A program made the position numbers and the translations under genes. From NCBI RefSeq assembly GCF_000737315.1, contig NZ_JMCB01000005.1:248001-312000 (forward strand): 64,000 nt of DNA, read 5' to 3'. Shown piece after piece: positions 1 to 8,565 of the stretch. Source of the stretch: Hyalangium minutum (GTDB taxonomy: Bacteria; Myxococcota; Myxococcia; Myxococcales; Myxococcaceae). The notes beneath the pieces are model-generated. The model made no database searches, was not told where the DNA came from, and was given only the letters and a program-made list of their open reading frames with translations. Position 1 is the first letter of the stretch; each line of letters starts with the position of its first letter.

Positions 1-663
1 GGTGGCCAGCAGGGTGACGACGCGCGAGTCCTGGCGGACGTACTCGCCCACGCCCACGGCGCGCTCGGCCACCAGCCCGTCGAAGGGTGCGCGGATGGTG
101 GTGTCCGCGAGGTTGTTCTCGATGAGGCTCAGGCGGGCCTCGGCGGCGGCGGCCTGAGCAGCGGCGTTGCGGCACTGCGCCTGCATCCGCTGGTGGTCCG
201 CGGCGGAGACGGAGCCGCCCTCGAAGAGCTTGTCGTTGCGGGCGCAGTCGGCCTCGGCGAGCTCCTTCTGCGTGCGGGCCAGCTCCACCTGGGCGCGGGC
301 CTCGGCGGCGCTGGCGCTGGCGGCGCGCGCATCCAGCCGGACGAGCACATCGCCCTTCTTTACCAGCGCGCCGCGCTCCACGTGCACGGAGAGCACTTTG
401 CCTGCGGCGCCCGCAGCCACGTCCGAGTCCTCGAACGCGGTGAGCGAGCCGGTCAGCGTGAGGAAGCGGGGCACGGCGGCCTCTCCCACCACCACCGTGG
501 AGGCCTGGACCGTGGGCATCGGCGCGGGGGCCACCTTCGCGGGAGCTGCGGCCTCATGGGAACCACAGCCTGCGCCCAGCACCGCCATCAGCCCACTCAG
601 CCCCAGGGCCCACAGGCCAGACCGAGAGAAGGCGCCGCCCCCTCGAAGAAACCGCTGCCGCAT
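1..663 (-). CDS. RND efflux periplasmic adaptor (membrane fusion protein), lipoprotein; 3' end runs off the left edge
   Basis: My translation from ATG at 663: MRQRFLRGG...LMAVLGAGC (lipobox), then LTGSLTAFEDSDVAAGAAGKVLSVHVERGALVKKGDVLVRLD (lipoyl-like half), an Ala-rich helical hairpin and TIRAPFDGLVAERAVAVGEYV. Not in the ORF track because it is open-ended. Confidence 0.9.
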   Translation of the reverse strand, partial: MRQRFLRGGGAFSRSGLWALGLSGLMAVLGAGCGSHEAAAPAKVAPAPMPTVQASTVVVGEAAVPRFLTLTGSLTAFEDSDVAAGAAGKVLSVHVERGALVKKGDVLVRLDARAASASAAEARAQVELARTQKELAEADCARNDKLFEGGSVSAADHQRMQAQCRNAAAQAAAAEARLSLIENNLADTTIRAPFDGLVAERAVGVGEYVRQDSRVVTLLAT

Positions 664-741
664 GACTGCTCTCCTGCGCCCTGTCCGGAAATGGCCAGGT
701 TCCATGGTGCACTGCACAACGAATGGGGCGAGCTTGTAGCC

Positions 742-770
742 CTCAATAGTTGAGCATGTCAATTGTCGAC
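742..770. promoter_or_regulatory. Tandem palindromic operator candidates, probably bound by the MarR regulator
   Basis: CTCAA-TAG-TTGAG (742-754, perfect) and GTCAA-TTG-TCGAC (758-770, one mismatch), 16 bp apart, between the divergent adaptor and marR starts. Confidence 0.6.
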
Positions 771-779
771 CTGTAACGA

Positions 780-1355
780 GTGAATTACGATGGAGCCATG
801 AGCAGGACGCACGGGGACAGGACGGAGGCACGCGCACGTCGAGGCGCGGAGGCAGCGGAGCCCGCGCAGCTTCAGGAGGAGCTGGCGCGCGAGGCGTGGG
901 CACCGCTTTTCGAGCTCATCCAGGATCGGATGCGGCACTTTCCACTGCTGGCGGCGGAGTTCGAGCTGTCGCCGGTGCAGGCGCACGTGTTGAGGACGCT
1001 GGGGTACGGCCCGCAGCCGATGAGCATGTTGGCCGACTACCTCTCGTGTGACGCGTCGAACGTGACGGGGCTGGTGGACCGGCTGGAGACGCGGGGCCTG
1101 GTGGAGCGGCGCAACGCGGAGCACGACCGGCGGGTGAAGATGCTGTGCCTGACGGCGGCGGGCGCGGAGGTGCGACGCCGGCTGATGGAGCGGCTGAGCG
1201 AGCCGCCGGTGGCCATCGCCGCGCTCAGCGCGGAGGACCTGCGCGTGCTGCGGGACGTGATGCTGCGCGCGGTGGACAAGCTGAAGGAGCAGTCCCAGGA
1301 GGGGCGCGGCGTATTTGGTCCGCCGCCTCTGCGCGGCGAGAAGACGGGCCCTTAG
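780..1355 (+). CDS. MarR family transcriptional regulator (start may be ATG 798)
   Basis: LSPVQAHVLRTL...MSMLADYLSCDASNVTGLVDRLETRGLVERRNAEHDRRVKMLCLTAAG is a typical MarR winged helix with DRR; divergent from an efflux gene. Confidence 0.93.
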   Translation: MNYDGAMSRTHGDRTEARARRGAEAAEPAQLQEELAREAWAPLFELIQDRMRHFPLLAAEFELSPVQAHVLRTLGYGPQPMSMLADYLSCDASNVTGLVDRLETRGLVERRNAEHDRRVKMLCLTAAGAEVRRRLMERLSEPPVAIAALSAEDLRVLRDVMLRAVDKLKEQSQEGRGVFGPPPLRGEKTGP

Positions 1356-1594
1356 CGGCGCACGGTCCAGCCGCTCGCTCTGACAGCGGTCCTCCTTGGG
1401 AGCTCACGCATCGCCGCTCCAATCCGAGCCCTGGGTCCTGCTGGAGCTGGAACAGAGGCGCCGCATCCAGCGGCGCAGGTTGTCACCACCGGGAGGCCAC
1501 CAAGCGAACCAGTCGAAGCGCTCTTCGTAGAAGAAGGGTTCCAGCAGATGTGCCAGGGCCCGGTACTTCGGCACTGTCAGGCGCGCAGCCCCCC

Positions 1595-2362
1595 TCAGCG
1601 CGGAGTGACGCGCCCGCCGATCTCCGGGAAGCGCTCGTAGGCCCTCTTCAGGGCGTCCAGGTGGGCGGAGGTGCCGAGTTCCAGCGGTGCCTCCGTGAGC
1701 TGGACCACCCACCCGCCCGACGCCGTGCGCCGCGCCCGAGAGAGCAATTCGGCGTCGCGCGAGGGGTCTGGGAATCCGATGGCGCGTGCGGCAGCGGCCG
1801 ACCAATAGTTCAGCCACCCGAGGTGAGCGGGAATCTCAGGCGAGCGCAGGTGCTCGAAGAGTTGCAGGGCGGGCAGCCCCCGGCGTGGGGACGGCGGCCC
1901 CTCTGGCGTGGGCGCTGTCTGATACGCGATGTCGAGCGCAGCGTCATCTGGCGTCGCGCGCCCCCACAGAGCGCACGCCCCCTCCGCCACGCCCTCCAGC
2001 AAAGCCGCCGCCGACGCGCTCACGCGCTCGTCCAGTGGCAGTTCCGCATACACTTCGAACAAGGGCTGACCGCCTGGGCTGAAAAGTCCATCTCTTCCCC
2101 TCCCGTTCACCGTCACGGGGTAGCTCTCGTCCCCGTTGCACAGGATGGGGAATTTCCCGCCCCGCGTCTTGTCTGCGAGCCACGCATCGCGTTGCGGCAA
2201 TGCGATGGGGCGCCCGCTGTCGGAGAGCCTCCACTCCAGACGCAAACCGGGGAGCGCCTTTTCCATCCCATGGACAATATCGAGCGTCCGACGGTCGTTG
2301 CCCACCAGCGCAGGCGCGAAGACCCTGACGATGAGGGTTCGATGCTGGGTCATCGTTGGCAC
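1595..2362 (-). CDS. DUF5953-like myxobacterial protein, putative immunity protein
   Basis: Motifs HLGWLNYWS, IGFPDP.RDAELL.RARRT..GGWVVQLTEAPL...HLDALKRAYERFPEIGGR match the myxobacterial DUF5953 family as I recall it; overlaps the stop of the upstream nuclease-like ORF. Confidence 0.75.
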   Translation of the reverse strand: MPTMTQHRTLIVRVFAPALVGNDRRTLDIVHGMEKALPGLRLEWRLSDSGRPIALPQRDAWLADKTRGGKFPILCNGDESYPVTVNGRGRDGLFSPGGQPLFEVYAELPLDERVSASAAALLEGVAEGACALWGRATPDDAALDIAYQTAPTPEGPPSPRRGLPALQLFEHLRSPEIPAHLGWLNYWSAAAARAIGFPDPSRDAELLSRARRTASGGWVVQLTEAPLELGTSAHLDALKRAYERFPEIGGRVTPR

Positions 2363-2856
2363 CCCGTGACGACGATATGGAGGGTGTCATCCCGTTGCAG
2401 CAGCGCGTCTTTGTGCGCTTGGGTGCTCACCCCAATCATGTAGTCATATCCGCATGCCGCCGCAGCTCTTCGCTCCTCTACTATCTGCTCCATTTCCTTC
2501 TCAATCTCCTGCCTTCGAATGAAGGCAGGGTATGTGTCGAATTGATGGGTCTTGATCTCCCACAGCCTGCGCACGCCCACTTGCAGCGCATCGAAGCGCA
2601 CACCGCCCACGAGCACGTCCATTCCGGGATAACGGTTGGGCGGAAACGTGTCAGCGCATGCGTTATGCGGGACATCCCCTCCCGCGTGCGGCACTGGGAT
2701 GGGCGCGCACTCCGGGCGGCGCTCCAGCGTCACTGGGGCAGGCGGGGCCTTCTTGTTCTCTCTGGACCTCTTCGGTGTGGGGTTCGCCTCCGGTTCCTGC
2801 GAGGCCCGAGGAGCGTCTCCGGCCCAAAGGCCCGGCTCCCGAGTGGGCGGCAACAC
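2350..2856 (-). pseudogene. DUF6310-like restriction-endonuclease-fold toxin C-terminal domain, apparently 5'-truncated
   Basis: CAPIPVPHAGGD.PHNACAD...VRFDALQVGVRRLWEIKTHQF has a D...ExK nuclease motif. It has no signal peptide or lipobox, begins 46 bp after the tonB stop, and an in-frame stop at 2932-2934 rules out a longer N-terminus. Confidence 0.65.
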
Positions 2857-2902
2857 GCGCGTGTGCGGGCTTCGCGGCAGGGGCTCGGGGCGGACCTGCC
2901 CT

Positions 2903-3691
2903 TTAGTCCAGCAGGAAGGTGTAGGCGTACTTCATCTCGGTGGAGACGGCCTCGCCGCCCTTGATGGCGGGCTTGAAGCGGAAGCGCTTGATGGCGTCTC
3001 GCGCGGCCTCGTTCAGCCCGTAGCCCGGCCCGGAGATGATCTTGGCGGCCACCACCTTGCCCTCGGGATCAATGGTGATGGAGAGGGTAACGGTGCCCTC
3101 GATGCCGGCGCGCCGGGCCTCCTCCGGGTAGGGAATCTTCACCTCGGAGGCGACCTTGGGCTCGGAGTCCACCTGGTAGATGGGCGTGTACTTGGGCGCC
3201 GCGTACTCCTTCACCTCGCTGGGCGCCTTGGCGGTGCCGTCCACCTTGCCATAGGCGGTGTTGCCCACGGGCGCGGCGAAGCCTCCGGCGCTGGTGGTAG
3301 AGGACATGGAGATGCCGACCACGAGCGGCACCGGCTTGGTGGGCTGCGGGGGCGGATCATTTGGAGGAGGCGGGGCCTGCTCCGGCGGCGGCGGAGGCGG
3401 CTTCTCGGCCACGGCCACCTTCACAGGGGGCGGCTTGGGCGGAGGCTTGGCCTTGGGTGGCTCGGGAGGCTTGGGCTCCTCCTTGGGCGGAGGAGGCGGC
3501 GGTGGGGGCTTCTGCACCTCCACCATGACGAGTTCCACGGGCTTCTGGACCACGGCAGCCGGGCGCTCCTTCATGCGGCTGAGCGCGAACAGGCCCACGC
3601 CGTGCGCCGTCAGCGAGACGATCACGAACACCAGCGTCGCCACGGAGGAGCGTCGAGGAGGGAGAGGGCTGTCGAGTGCCGCCTGGCTCAT
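2903..3691 (-). CDS. tonB: Energy transducer TonB
   Basis: N-terminal TM with SLTAH motif, Pro/Lys-rich linker, TonB_C (IPYPEEARRAGIEGTVTLSITIDPEGKV...AIKRFRFKPA); follows exbB-exbD. Confidence 0.93.
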   Translation of the reverse strand: MSQAALDSPLPPRRSSVATLVFVIVSLTAHGVGLFALSRMKERPAAVVQKPVELVMVEVQKPPPPPPPPKEEPKPPEPPKAKPPPKPPPVKVAVAEKPPPPPPEQAPPPPNDPPPQPTKPVPLVVGISMSSTTSAGGFAAPVGNTAYGKVDGTAKAPSEVKEYAAPKYTPIYQVDSEPKVASEVKIPYPEEARRAGIEGTVTLSITIDPEGKVVAAKIISGPGYGLNEAARDAIKRFRFKPAIKGGEAVSTEMKYAYTFLLD

Positions 3692-3703
3692 CGGCGCCGG
3701 TCC

Positions 3704-4147
3704 TCAGGGAGCTGCGGGGACGGCGGCCGGAACGGGCGCGGCGTCCTTCTGGATGTTGAGGGCGAACTTCGCGATGCCCTGGCCCTTCACCACGTCGATG
3801 AGCCGCATCACCCGGCCATAGGGCAGGGCCTGATCCGCGCTGATGATGGCGCGGGTGTCCTTGTCCTTGGCCACGGCCTCGGTGACTTTGCGGGACAGCT
3901 CGTCCTCGGCGACCTCGGTGCCGTCGAAGTAGAGCTTGCCGTCCTTGTCGATGACGACGTTGACGAGCCCCTGCACCGTCTCACCGCCATTGGCGGCGCG
4001 GGGCAGGTCCACCTCGACCGTCTCGCGGACGATGAAGTTGGCCGTCACCATGAAGATGATGAGGAGCACCAGCACGATGTCCACCAACGGGGTGACGTTG
4101 ATGCCGGTGATCTCTTCGTCGTTGTCCTGCTGAGCGCCGCCGGCCAT
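3704..4147 (-). CDS. exbD: ExbD/TolR biopolymer transport protein
   Basis: INVTPLVDIVLVLLIIFMVT signature; ISADQALPYGRVMRLIDVVK. Confidence 0.95.
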   Translation of the reverse strand: MAGGAQQDNDEEITGINVTPLVDIVLVLLIIFMVTANFIVRETVEVDLPRAANGGETVQGLVNVVIDKDGKLYFDGTEVAEDELSRKVTEAVAKDKDTRAIISADQALPYGRVMRLIDVVKGQGIAKFALNIQKDAAPVPAAVPAAP

Positions 4148-4150
4148 GAC

Positions 4151-4855
4151 TCAACGGCCCTCGCTGGGAGAGGAGTCCTTGCGGCCCTCGGCGCGCAGGC
4201 TGCCCACCAGGGCGAAGCCCAGGGCGTTGGTGCGGCTGGTGAGCGTCTTGAGCTGGCGGCTGAAGGCGTTGAAGGCGACCACGGCGGGGATGGCGACGGC
4301 CAGGCCCACGGCGGTGGCGACGAGCGCCTCGGAGATGCCGGCCATGACGGTCTGCTGGATGGCGGCGCCCTTCACGCTGGCGGAGCCCAAGTCATGGAAG
4401 GCCTTGATGATGCCGAGCACCGTGCCGAACAAGCCGATGAAGGGGGCGTTGTTGCCCAGGGTGCCGAGGAAGGAGAGGTAGCGCTCGTACTGGGGGCGCT
4501 CGCGGGAGATGGTGGAGGCGATGACTTGCTCGACGGTGTCGGCGCCCTGAGCGGTGGAGGCGAGGCCCTCGCGGATGACGGCGGCCTCCATGCCCTTCTT
4601 GCCCTGGATGGCGGTGCGAACGGCGTCGAACTCGCCGCGGGCCAGCTTGAGGGCGAGGGCCTCGGAGTCGGGCAGCCGGTGGGTGGCGAAGTAGACGGCG
4701 CGCTCCAGCATGAGGGCGATGGAGAGCACGGAGAGGACGACGAGGAGCCAGAGCACCCACTCGGCGCTGGTGAGGGTGACGCCGAGCAGCTTGCGGCTCA
4801 GCCAGCCGACCTCGGGAGTGGTGGCGGCCTGGGCGAGAAGGAGGAGGGACGTCAT
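4151..4855 (-). CDS. exbB: MotA/TolQ/ExbB proton channel protein
   Basis: FLGTLGNNAPFIGLFGTVLGIIKAF and GISEALVATAVGLAVAIPAV; start taken as ATG 4855 (MTSLLLLAQAAT) rather than the longer ORF start. Confidence 0.95.
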   Translation of the reverse strand: MTSLLLLAQAATTPEVGWLSRKLLGVTLTSAEWVLWLLVVLSVLSIALMLERAVYFATHRLPDSEALALKLARGEFDAVRTAIQGKKGMEAAVIREGLASTAQGADTVEQVIASTISRERPQYERYLSFLGTLGNNAPFIGLFGTVLGIIKAFHDLGSASVKGAAIQQTVMAGISEALVATAVGLAVAIPAVVAFNAFSRQLKTLTSRTNALGFALVGSLRAEGRKDSSPSEGR

Positions 4856-5124
4856 GGAAGCCTGGAAGAGAGAGGGCACCGGCAGAACACCGGCCTTGCG
4901 TGAAAATTCACCTGCCGGGTGGGACGAAGCGCCGCATCCATTCTTCTCCGGGGCCGAAAAGTCAAATGATTCGGCAGGTTGGCACGTGTTTCCCCAGGCG
5001 AGGAACCGGCCTCTGTCTTGGAGCGTGAGAATCAGCAGGCCTATGGCTCGGAGTGAAGGCTGAGGAGGAAGTAGGCGAACGTGCGCCTGCCGACGCGCCG
5101 TGAAACGAACCTGTGACGGGCGGA

Positions 5125-5901
5125 TCAGCTCACGCGCCGAGCGGTGACGAGGGGTTGGTAGAAGCCGCTCTCCTGCGGCATGTGCCAGCGCACCTCGCGG
5201 AACCCGGCGGCCGTGAGTGCGCGGCTCAGTTCCTCGCGTTTGAGTGCGCGGTAGCGGGTGCGAACGCTCGTGGTGCTCCAGCCTTCGCCTTGGGGTTGGA
5301 GGATGAACAGCTCCACTTCGTAGCTGCGGCCATCGGCGGCCCAGGTCCACACCTGGAACGTGATGCGCCGAGACTCGCCTTCTCCGAGGACTCGCATCTC
5401 CGTAGGTACCGACGCGCCGGGCTTGGACTCCACCGCGTCGTAGTCGCGGATGGTGGCGATGAGCAGGCCTCCCGGATTCAGCACGGTGTGAAGGTGGTGA
5501 GCTGCGGCGGCAAGCTCCGTGTCCTCGAGCAAATGGGGCAGGGCGTTGTCACAGCTCAGCACCACGTCGAAGCGCTGGTGGATCTGCTCGCTCAGCGTGC
5601 GCATGTCCGCCACGGCGAACCCCGTCAGCTTCAGGCCTGCGGCAGTGGCTTCTTGCTCGGCGCGTGCAATGGACACGGGGCTGATGTCCGAGGCGAAGAC
5701 ACGATGCCCCCGTGCCGCGAGCCCCAGTGCCTGAGTGCCGATCCCGCAGCTCGCGTCCATTACTTCCTTCTGGCCATCTCCGAGCGCCGCCCGAATCAGG
5801 CCGTCCAGGATCGCTCCCTGGCGCTCGCGCGAGGCGGCCCAGTCCATGAAGATGAGGTGGTATCGCTCGGCGAGCCCATCATAGAAGCCGGTCGGATCCA
5901 T
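5125..5901 (-). CDS. Class I SAM-dependent methyltransferase (glycine/sarcosine N-methyltransferase-like)
   Basis: Motif I VMDASCGIGTQ, acidic ASDIS, FDVVLSCDNALPHL, LNPGGLLI. Confidence 0.88.
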   Translation of the reverse strand: MDPTGFYDGLAERYHLIFMDWAASRERQGAILDGLIRAALGDGQKEVMDASCGIGTQALGLAARGHRVFASDISPVSIARAEQEATAAGLKLTGFAVADMRTLSEQIHQRFDVVLSCDNALPHLLEDTELAAAAHHLHTVLNPGGLLIATIRDYDAVESKPGASVPTEMRVLGEGESRRITFQVWTWAADGRSYEVELFILQPQGEGWSTTSVRTRYRALKREELSRALTAAGFREVRWHMPQESGFYQPLVTARRVS

Positions 5902-5997
5902 CCCGGGAGTATGGACAATGTAGGGGGCCGGGTGGGAGAGGGTGCTCCAGATGGCTTGTGGAAGCCCCTCCGGGTGACCGACACTCTGGTCCCAGCC

Positions 5998-7554
5998 ATG
6001 GCCGTCAGTGAAGAACGCCGTTTCGAGGCTCTCGTGCTCGCGCCCGTCCGGCGCGTGCAGCGGCGCCTCAATGCGGTGGCCTGGGCTGAGGCGGGCATCA
6101 TCCCCATGTGGGCCGCCGTCACGGTCTGTGTCGTCGCCCGCCTGCTGCTGCGCGACTCCGCCCTATGGACCGCCCCCGCGTTTCTCCTGGCCGGTGGCGC
6201 GTGGTGGGGCTACCGGGCTCGGCACCGGGGCATCTCGCTGGAGCACGCAGCCGTGCTCGCGGATCGCTCAGCCAATGCCGGCGGCCTGTTGCTGACCCGC
6301 CTGGAGCGCCCCGTCGGAGATTGGGAGCTCTCCGTCAACCAGCTCGCCCGCGCCGTGAAGCCCCCCGAAGTCCAGTGGCGGCGCCCCGTGGGAGCCCTGG
6401 CCGGTGCGCTCCTGTTCCTCGTCGTGGGCTTCCTGCTCCCGCTGCCTCCGCCTTCCTTGCGCCCCATCAATGCAGCCGCAGCGGCCAAGGTCGCCGCCGT
6501 CCAGGCCAAGGCCGAGACGCTCGCCAAGGAGGAGCCTCTGGGCGCTCCAATGGAGGAGGAACTGCGCCGGCTGGCCGAAGAGGTCGCCGAGGGCCGCTTC
6601 GACGCGGGCGACTGGGAAGCTGCTGACGGTCTGGAGAAGCGCCTCGCCGAGCGCGCTGCCGAGGCCGCCGCAGAACTGGCGGGAGCCTCCGAGGCCGCTC
6701 GCGAATTGGAGGAGGCGCTGGGAGCCTCGGGGGATGCGGAGCGCGCGGCCCGCGAGCGCGAGGAACTGGAGCGAGCGCTCATGGCGCTCAATGGGAACGC
6801 GACCGAGGGAGAGAACGGGCAGGGCGGGCAGGACGGCAAGGAACAGCAGGGCCAGCAGGGCGAGCAGAATGGCCAGGGTGAACAGAATGGCCAGAGTGGG
6901 CAGGAAGGGCAGGAAGGGCAGAGCGGCTCCGTGAAGGACGGCAACACGGGGCAGGACGGTCAGCAGGGTTCGCAGGGCTCGCGCCGTACCGCGTCCGCGC
7001 AGGCCGGTGGCAACCTCGATCAGATCTCCAATCTCCGGCGGACGTTGGAGCGGCGGCAGCAGCAGCTCGAAGAGCGCTTCGGCCAGGGCAACTCGGCGCA
7101 GGCGAACAACCGCCGCCAGTCCGGAACCGGGCGCCGAGGCTCCCGGCAGATGCAGGGCCAGGGGCAGGGCGAGGGGGAAAACGGCGAAGGCGAGGGTGAG
7201 GGCGAGGGTGAGGGCGAGGGCGAGGGCAGCAGCGATCACGTCAGCCGCCAGGTCCGGCAGGGCGAGGGCTCGGGCGCCTCGCGTGGCGGAGGGAGCAACC
7301 CGCTCGTCTTCGGAGGCGAGGCGGAGATGGACCCCAACCGCCTCGAGTTCCAGCCGCTGCCCGAGGGCCAGGGCGGAGAGGCGAACGAGCTGTGGGGCCT
7401 GAAGGCCGCCGATCCGCAACGGGAAGGCGTCACGGTGACGCCGTCGGCGGCGAAGGGGCAGGGCGTGCAGGGGGACGCGACGCCGGGGTACTCCTCGGGG
7501 CCGCTGTTGCCGCGCAACCGGGACCTCGTGAAGCGATATTTTGGTGATCAGTGA
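5998..7554 (+). CDS. Membrane protein with coiled coil and Gln/Gly/Glu-rich disordered region; first gene of the MoxR/vWA operon
   Basis: ATG 5998 (MAVSEERRF...), three hydrophobic segments, helical Ala/Glu-rich region, QG/GE low complexity, ends LVKRYFGDQ 15 bp before moxR. Confidence 0.75.
   Translation: MAVSEERRFEALVLAPVRRVQRRLNAVAWAEAGIIPMWAAVTVCVVARLLLRDSALWTAPAFLLAGGAWWGYRARHRGISLEHAAVLADRSANAGGLLLTRLERPVGDWELSVNQLARAVKPPEVQWRRPVGALAGALLFLVVGFLLPLPPPSLRPINAAAAAKVAAVQAKAETLAKEEPLGAPMEEELRRLAEEVAEGRFDAGDWEAADGLEKRLAERAAEAAAELAGASEAARELEEALGASGDAERAAREREELERALMALNGNATEGENGQGGQDGKEQQGQQGEQNGQGEQNGQSGQEGQEGQSGSVKDGNTGQDGQQGSQGSRRTASAQAGGNLDQISNLRRTLERRQQQLEERFGQGNSAQANNRRQSGTGRRGSRQMQGQGQGEGENGEGEGEGEGEGEGEGSSDHVSRQVRQGEGSGASRGGGSNPLVFGGEAEMDPNRLEFQPLPEGQGGEANELWGLKAADPQREGVTVTPSAAKGQGVQGDATPGYSSGPLLPRNRDLVKRYFGDQ
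7183..7227 (+). repeat. Hexamer tandem repeat (GGY GAR)n encoding (GE)7G
   Basis: GGCGAAGGCGAGGGTGAGGGCGAGGGTGAGGGCGAGGGCGAGGGC read directly. Confidence 0.85.
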
Positions 7555-7569
7555 CAGAGAGGAGCCGAC

Positions 7570-8565
7570 GTGTCTGAGCTTCTGAGCCCCGCCGAAGTCC
7601 AGGGGGCGGCGGAGGTTGCGGCCCAGCTGAAGAAGGGCCTCAACCAGGTGCTGCTCGATCAAGAGTCCGTGGTCGAGCAGGTCGTGGTCGCGGTGCTCGC
7701 GCGAGGCCACGTGCTGCTCGAGGGCCTGCCGGGTCTCGGCAAGACAGAGCTGTGCAAGGCGATGGCGCGGCTGCTGGCGCTGCCCTTCCGCCGCATCCAG
7801 TTCACCCCGGACCTGCTGCCCGGCGACATCACCGGCACCTACGTGCTGGAGGGAGAGGGCCGCCGCGAGTTCACCTTCCGCGAGGGCCCCCTGTTCGCCA
7901 GCGTTGTCCTCGCGGACGAGATCAACCGCTCCAGCCCCAAGACGCAGTCCGCGCTGCTGGAGGCGATGCAGGAGCGGAGCGTGACGGTGCTCGGGCAGAC
8001 GCGCGCGCTGCCGGATCCGTTCTTCGTGCTGGCCACGCAGAACCCCATCGAGCTGGAGGGCACCTACCCGCTGCCCGAGGCGCAGCTCGATCGCTTCCTC
8101 TTCCGCGTCCAGGTGCCGCCCGTAGGGGCCAAGACGCTGAGCACCCTGCTCACCACCCGCGTGCGCGGCGCGCCTCCCGCGCTCCCGTCCGTGCTCGACG
8201 GCGAGAGCCTGGGGCGCCTCTTCGCCGCGACGGACCGGGTGCACCTGCCCGGGCCCGTGGCCGACTTCATCGGCCGCCTGGTGGAGGCCAGCGACCCGCG
8301 TCAGGCCCACGCTCCGGACTCGGTGCGCCGGTTCGTTCGCTATGGGGCCTCGCCTCGTGCCGCGCTGGGACTCGCCGCTGCTGGCCGGGCGCTGGCGCTG
8401 CTCCGGGGCAAGCCCAACGTGGGCTTCGACGAGGTGACGACTGTGGCGCCCGCCATCCTCAACCACCGGCTCGTGCTCGCCTACGAGGCCTCGCTGGAGA
8501 AGGTGTCCTCCACCGAGGTCATCCGCGCGCTGCTCCAGGCTGTGCCCGAGGTGCCACGTGCGTAG
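7570..8565 (+). CDS. MoxR family AAA+ ATPase
   Basis: Walker A HVLLEGLPGLGKT, RIQFTPDLLPGDITG, Walker B LADEINRSSPKTQSALLEAMQE, ATQNPIELEGTYPLPEAQLDRF. Confidence 0.96.
   Translation: MSELLSPAEVQGAAEVAAQLKKGLNQVLLDQESVVEQVVVAVLARGHVLLEGLPGLGKTELCKAMARLLALPFRRIQFTPDLLPGDITGTYVLEGEGRREFTFREGPLFASVVLADEINRSSPKTQSALLEAMQERSVTVLGQTRALPDPFFVLATQNPIELEGTYPLPEAQLDRFLFRVQVPPVGAKTLSTLLTTRVRGAPPALPSVLDGESLGRLFAATDRVHLPGPVADFIGRLVEASDPRQAHAPDSVRRFVRYGASPRAALGLAAAGRALALLRGKPNVGFDEVTTVAPAILNHRLVLAYEASLEKVSSTEVIRALLQAVPEVPRA

Noticed and set aside
1404-1594. Protein-like minus-strand reading (YRALAHLLEPFFYEERFDWFAWWPP) after the immunity gene
   Set aside because: No start or RBS and no family recognised; may be a remnant but cannot be supported.
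4856-5124. Possible cobalamin riboswitch upstream of exbB-exbD-tonB
   Set aside because: The conserved B12-box and core motifs are not visible; only a short ACCTGCCG/CGGCAGGT inverted repeat. An Infernal search would settle it.
5113-5997. N-terminal extension of the 5113-7554 ORF, and similar extensions of exbB, malQ, mpg and the 56105 lipoprotein ORFs
   Set aside because: They overlap real genes on the opposite strand or in another frame; downstream starts with an RBS or family-typical N-termini were chosen.
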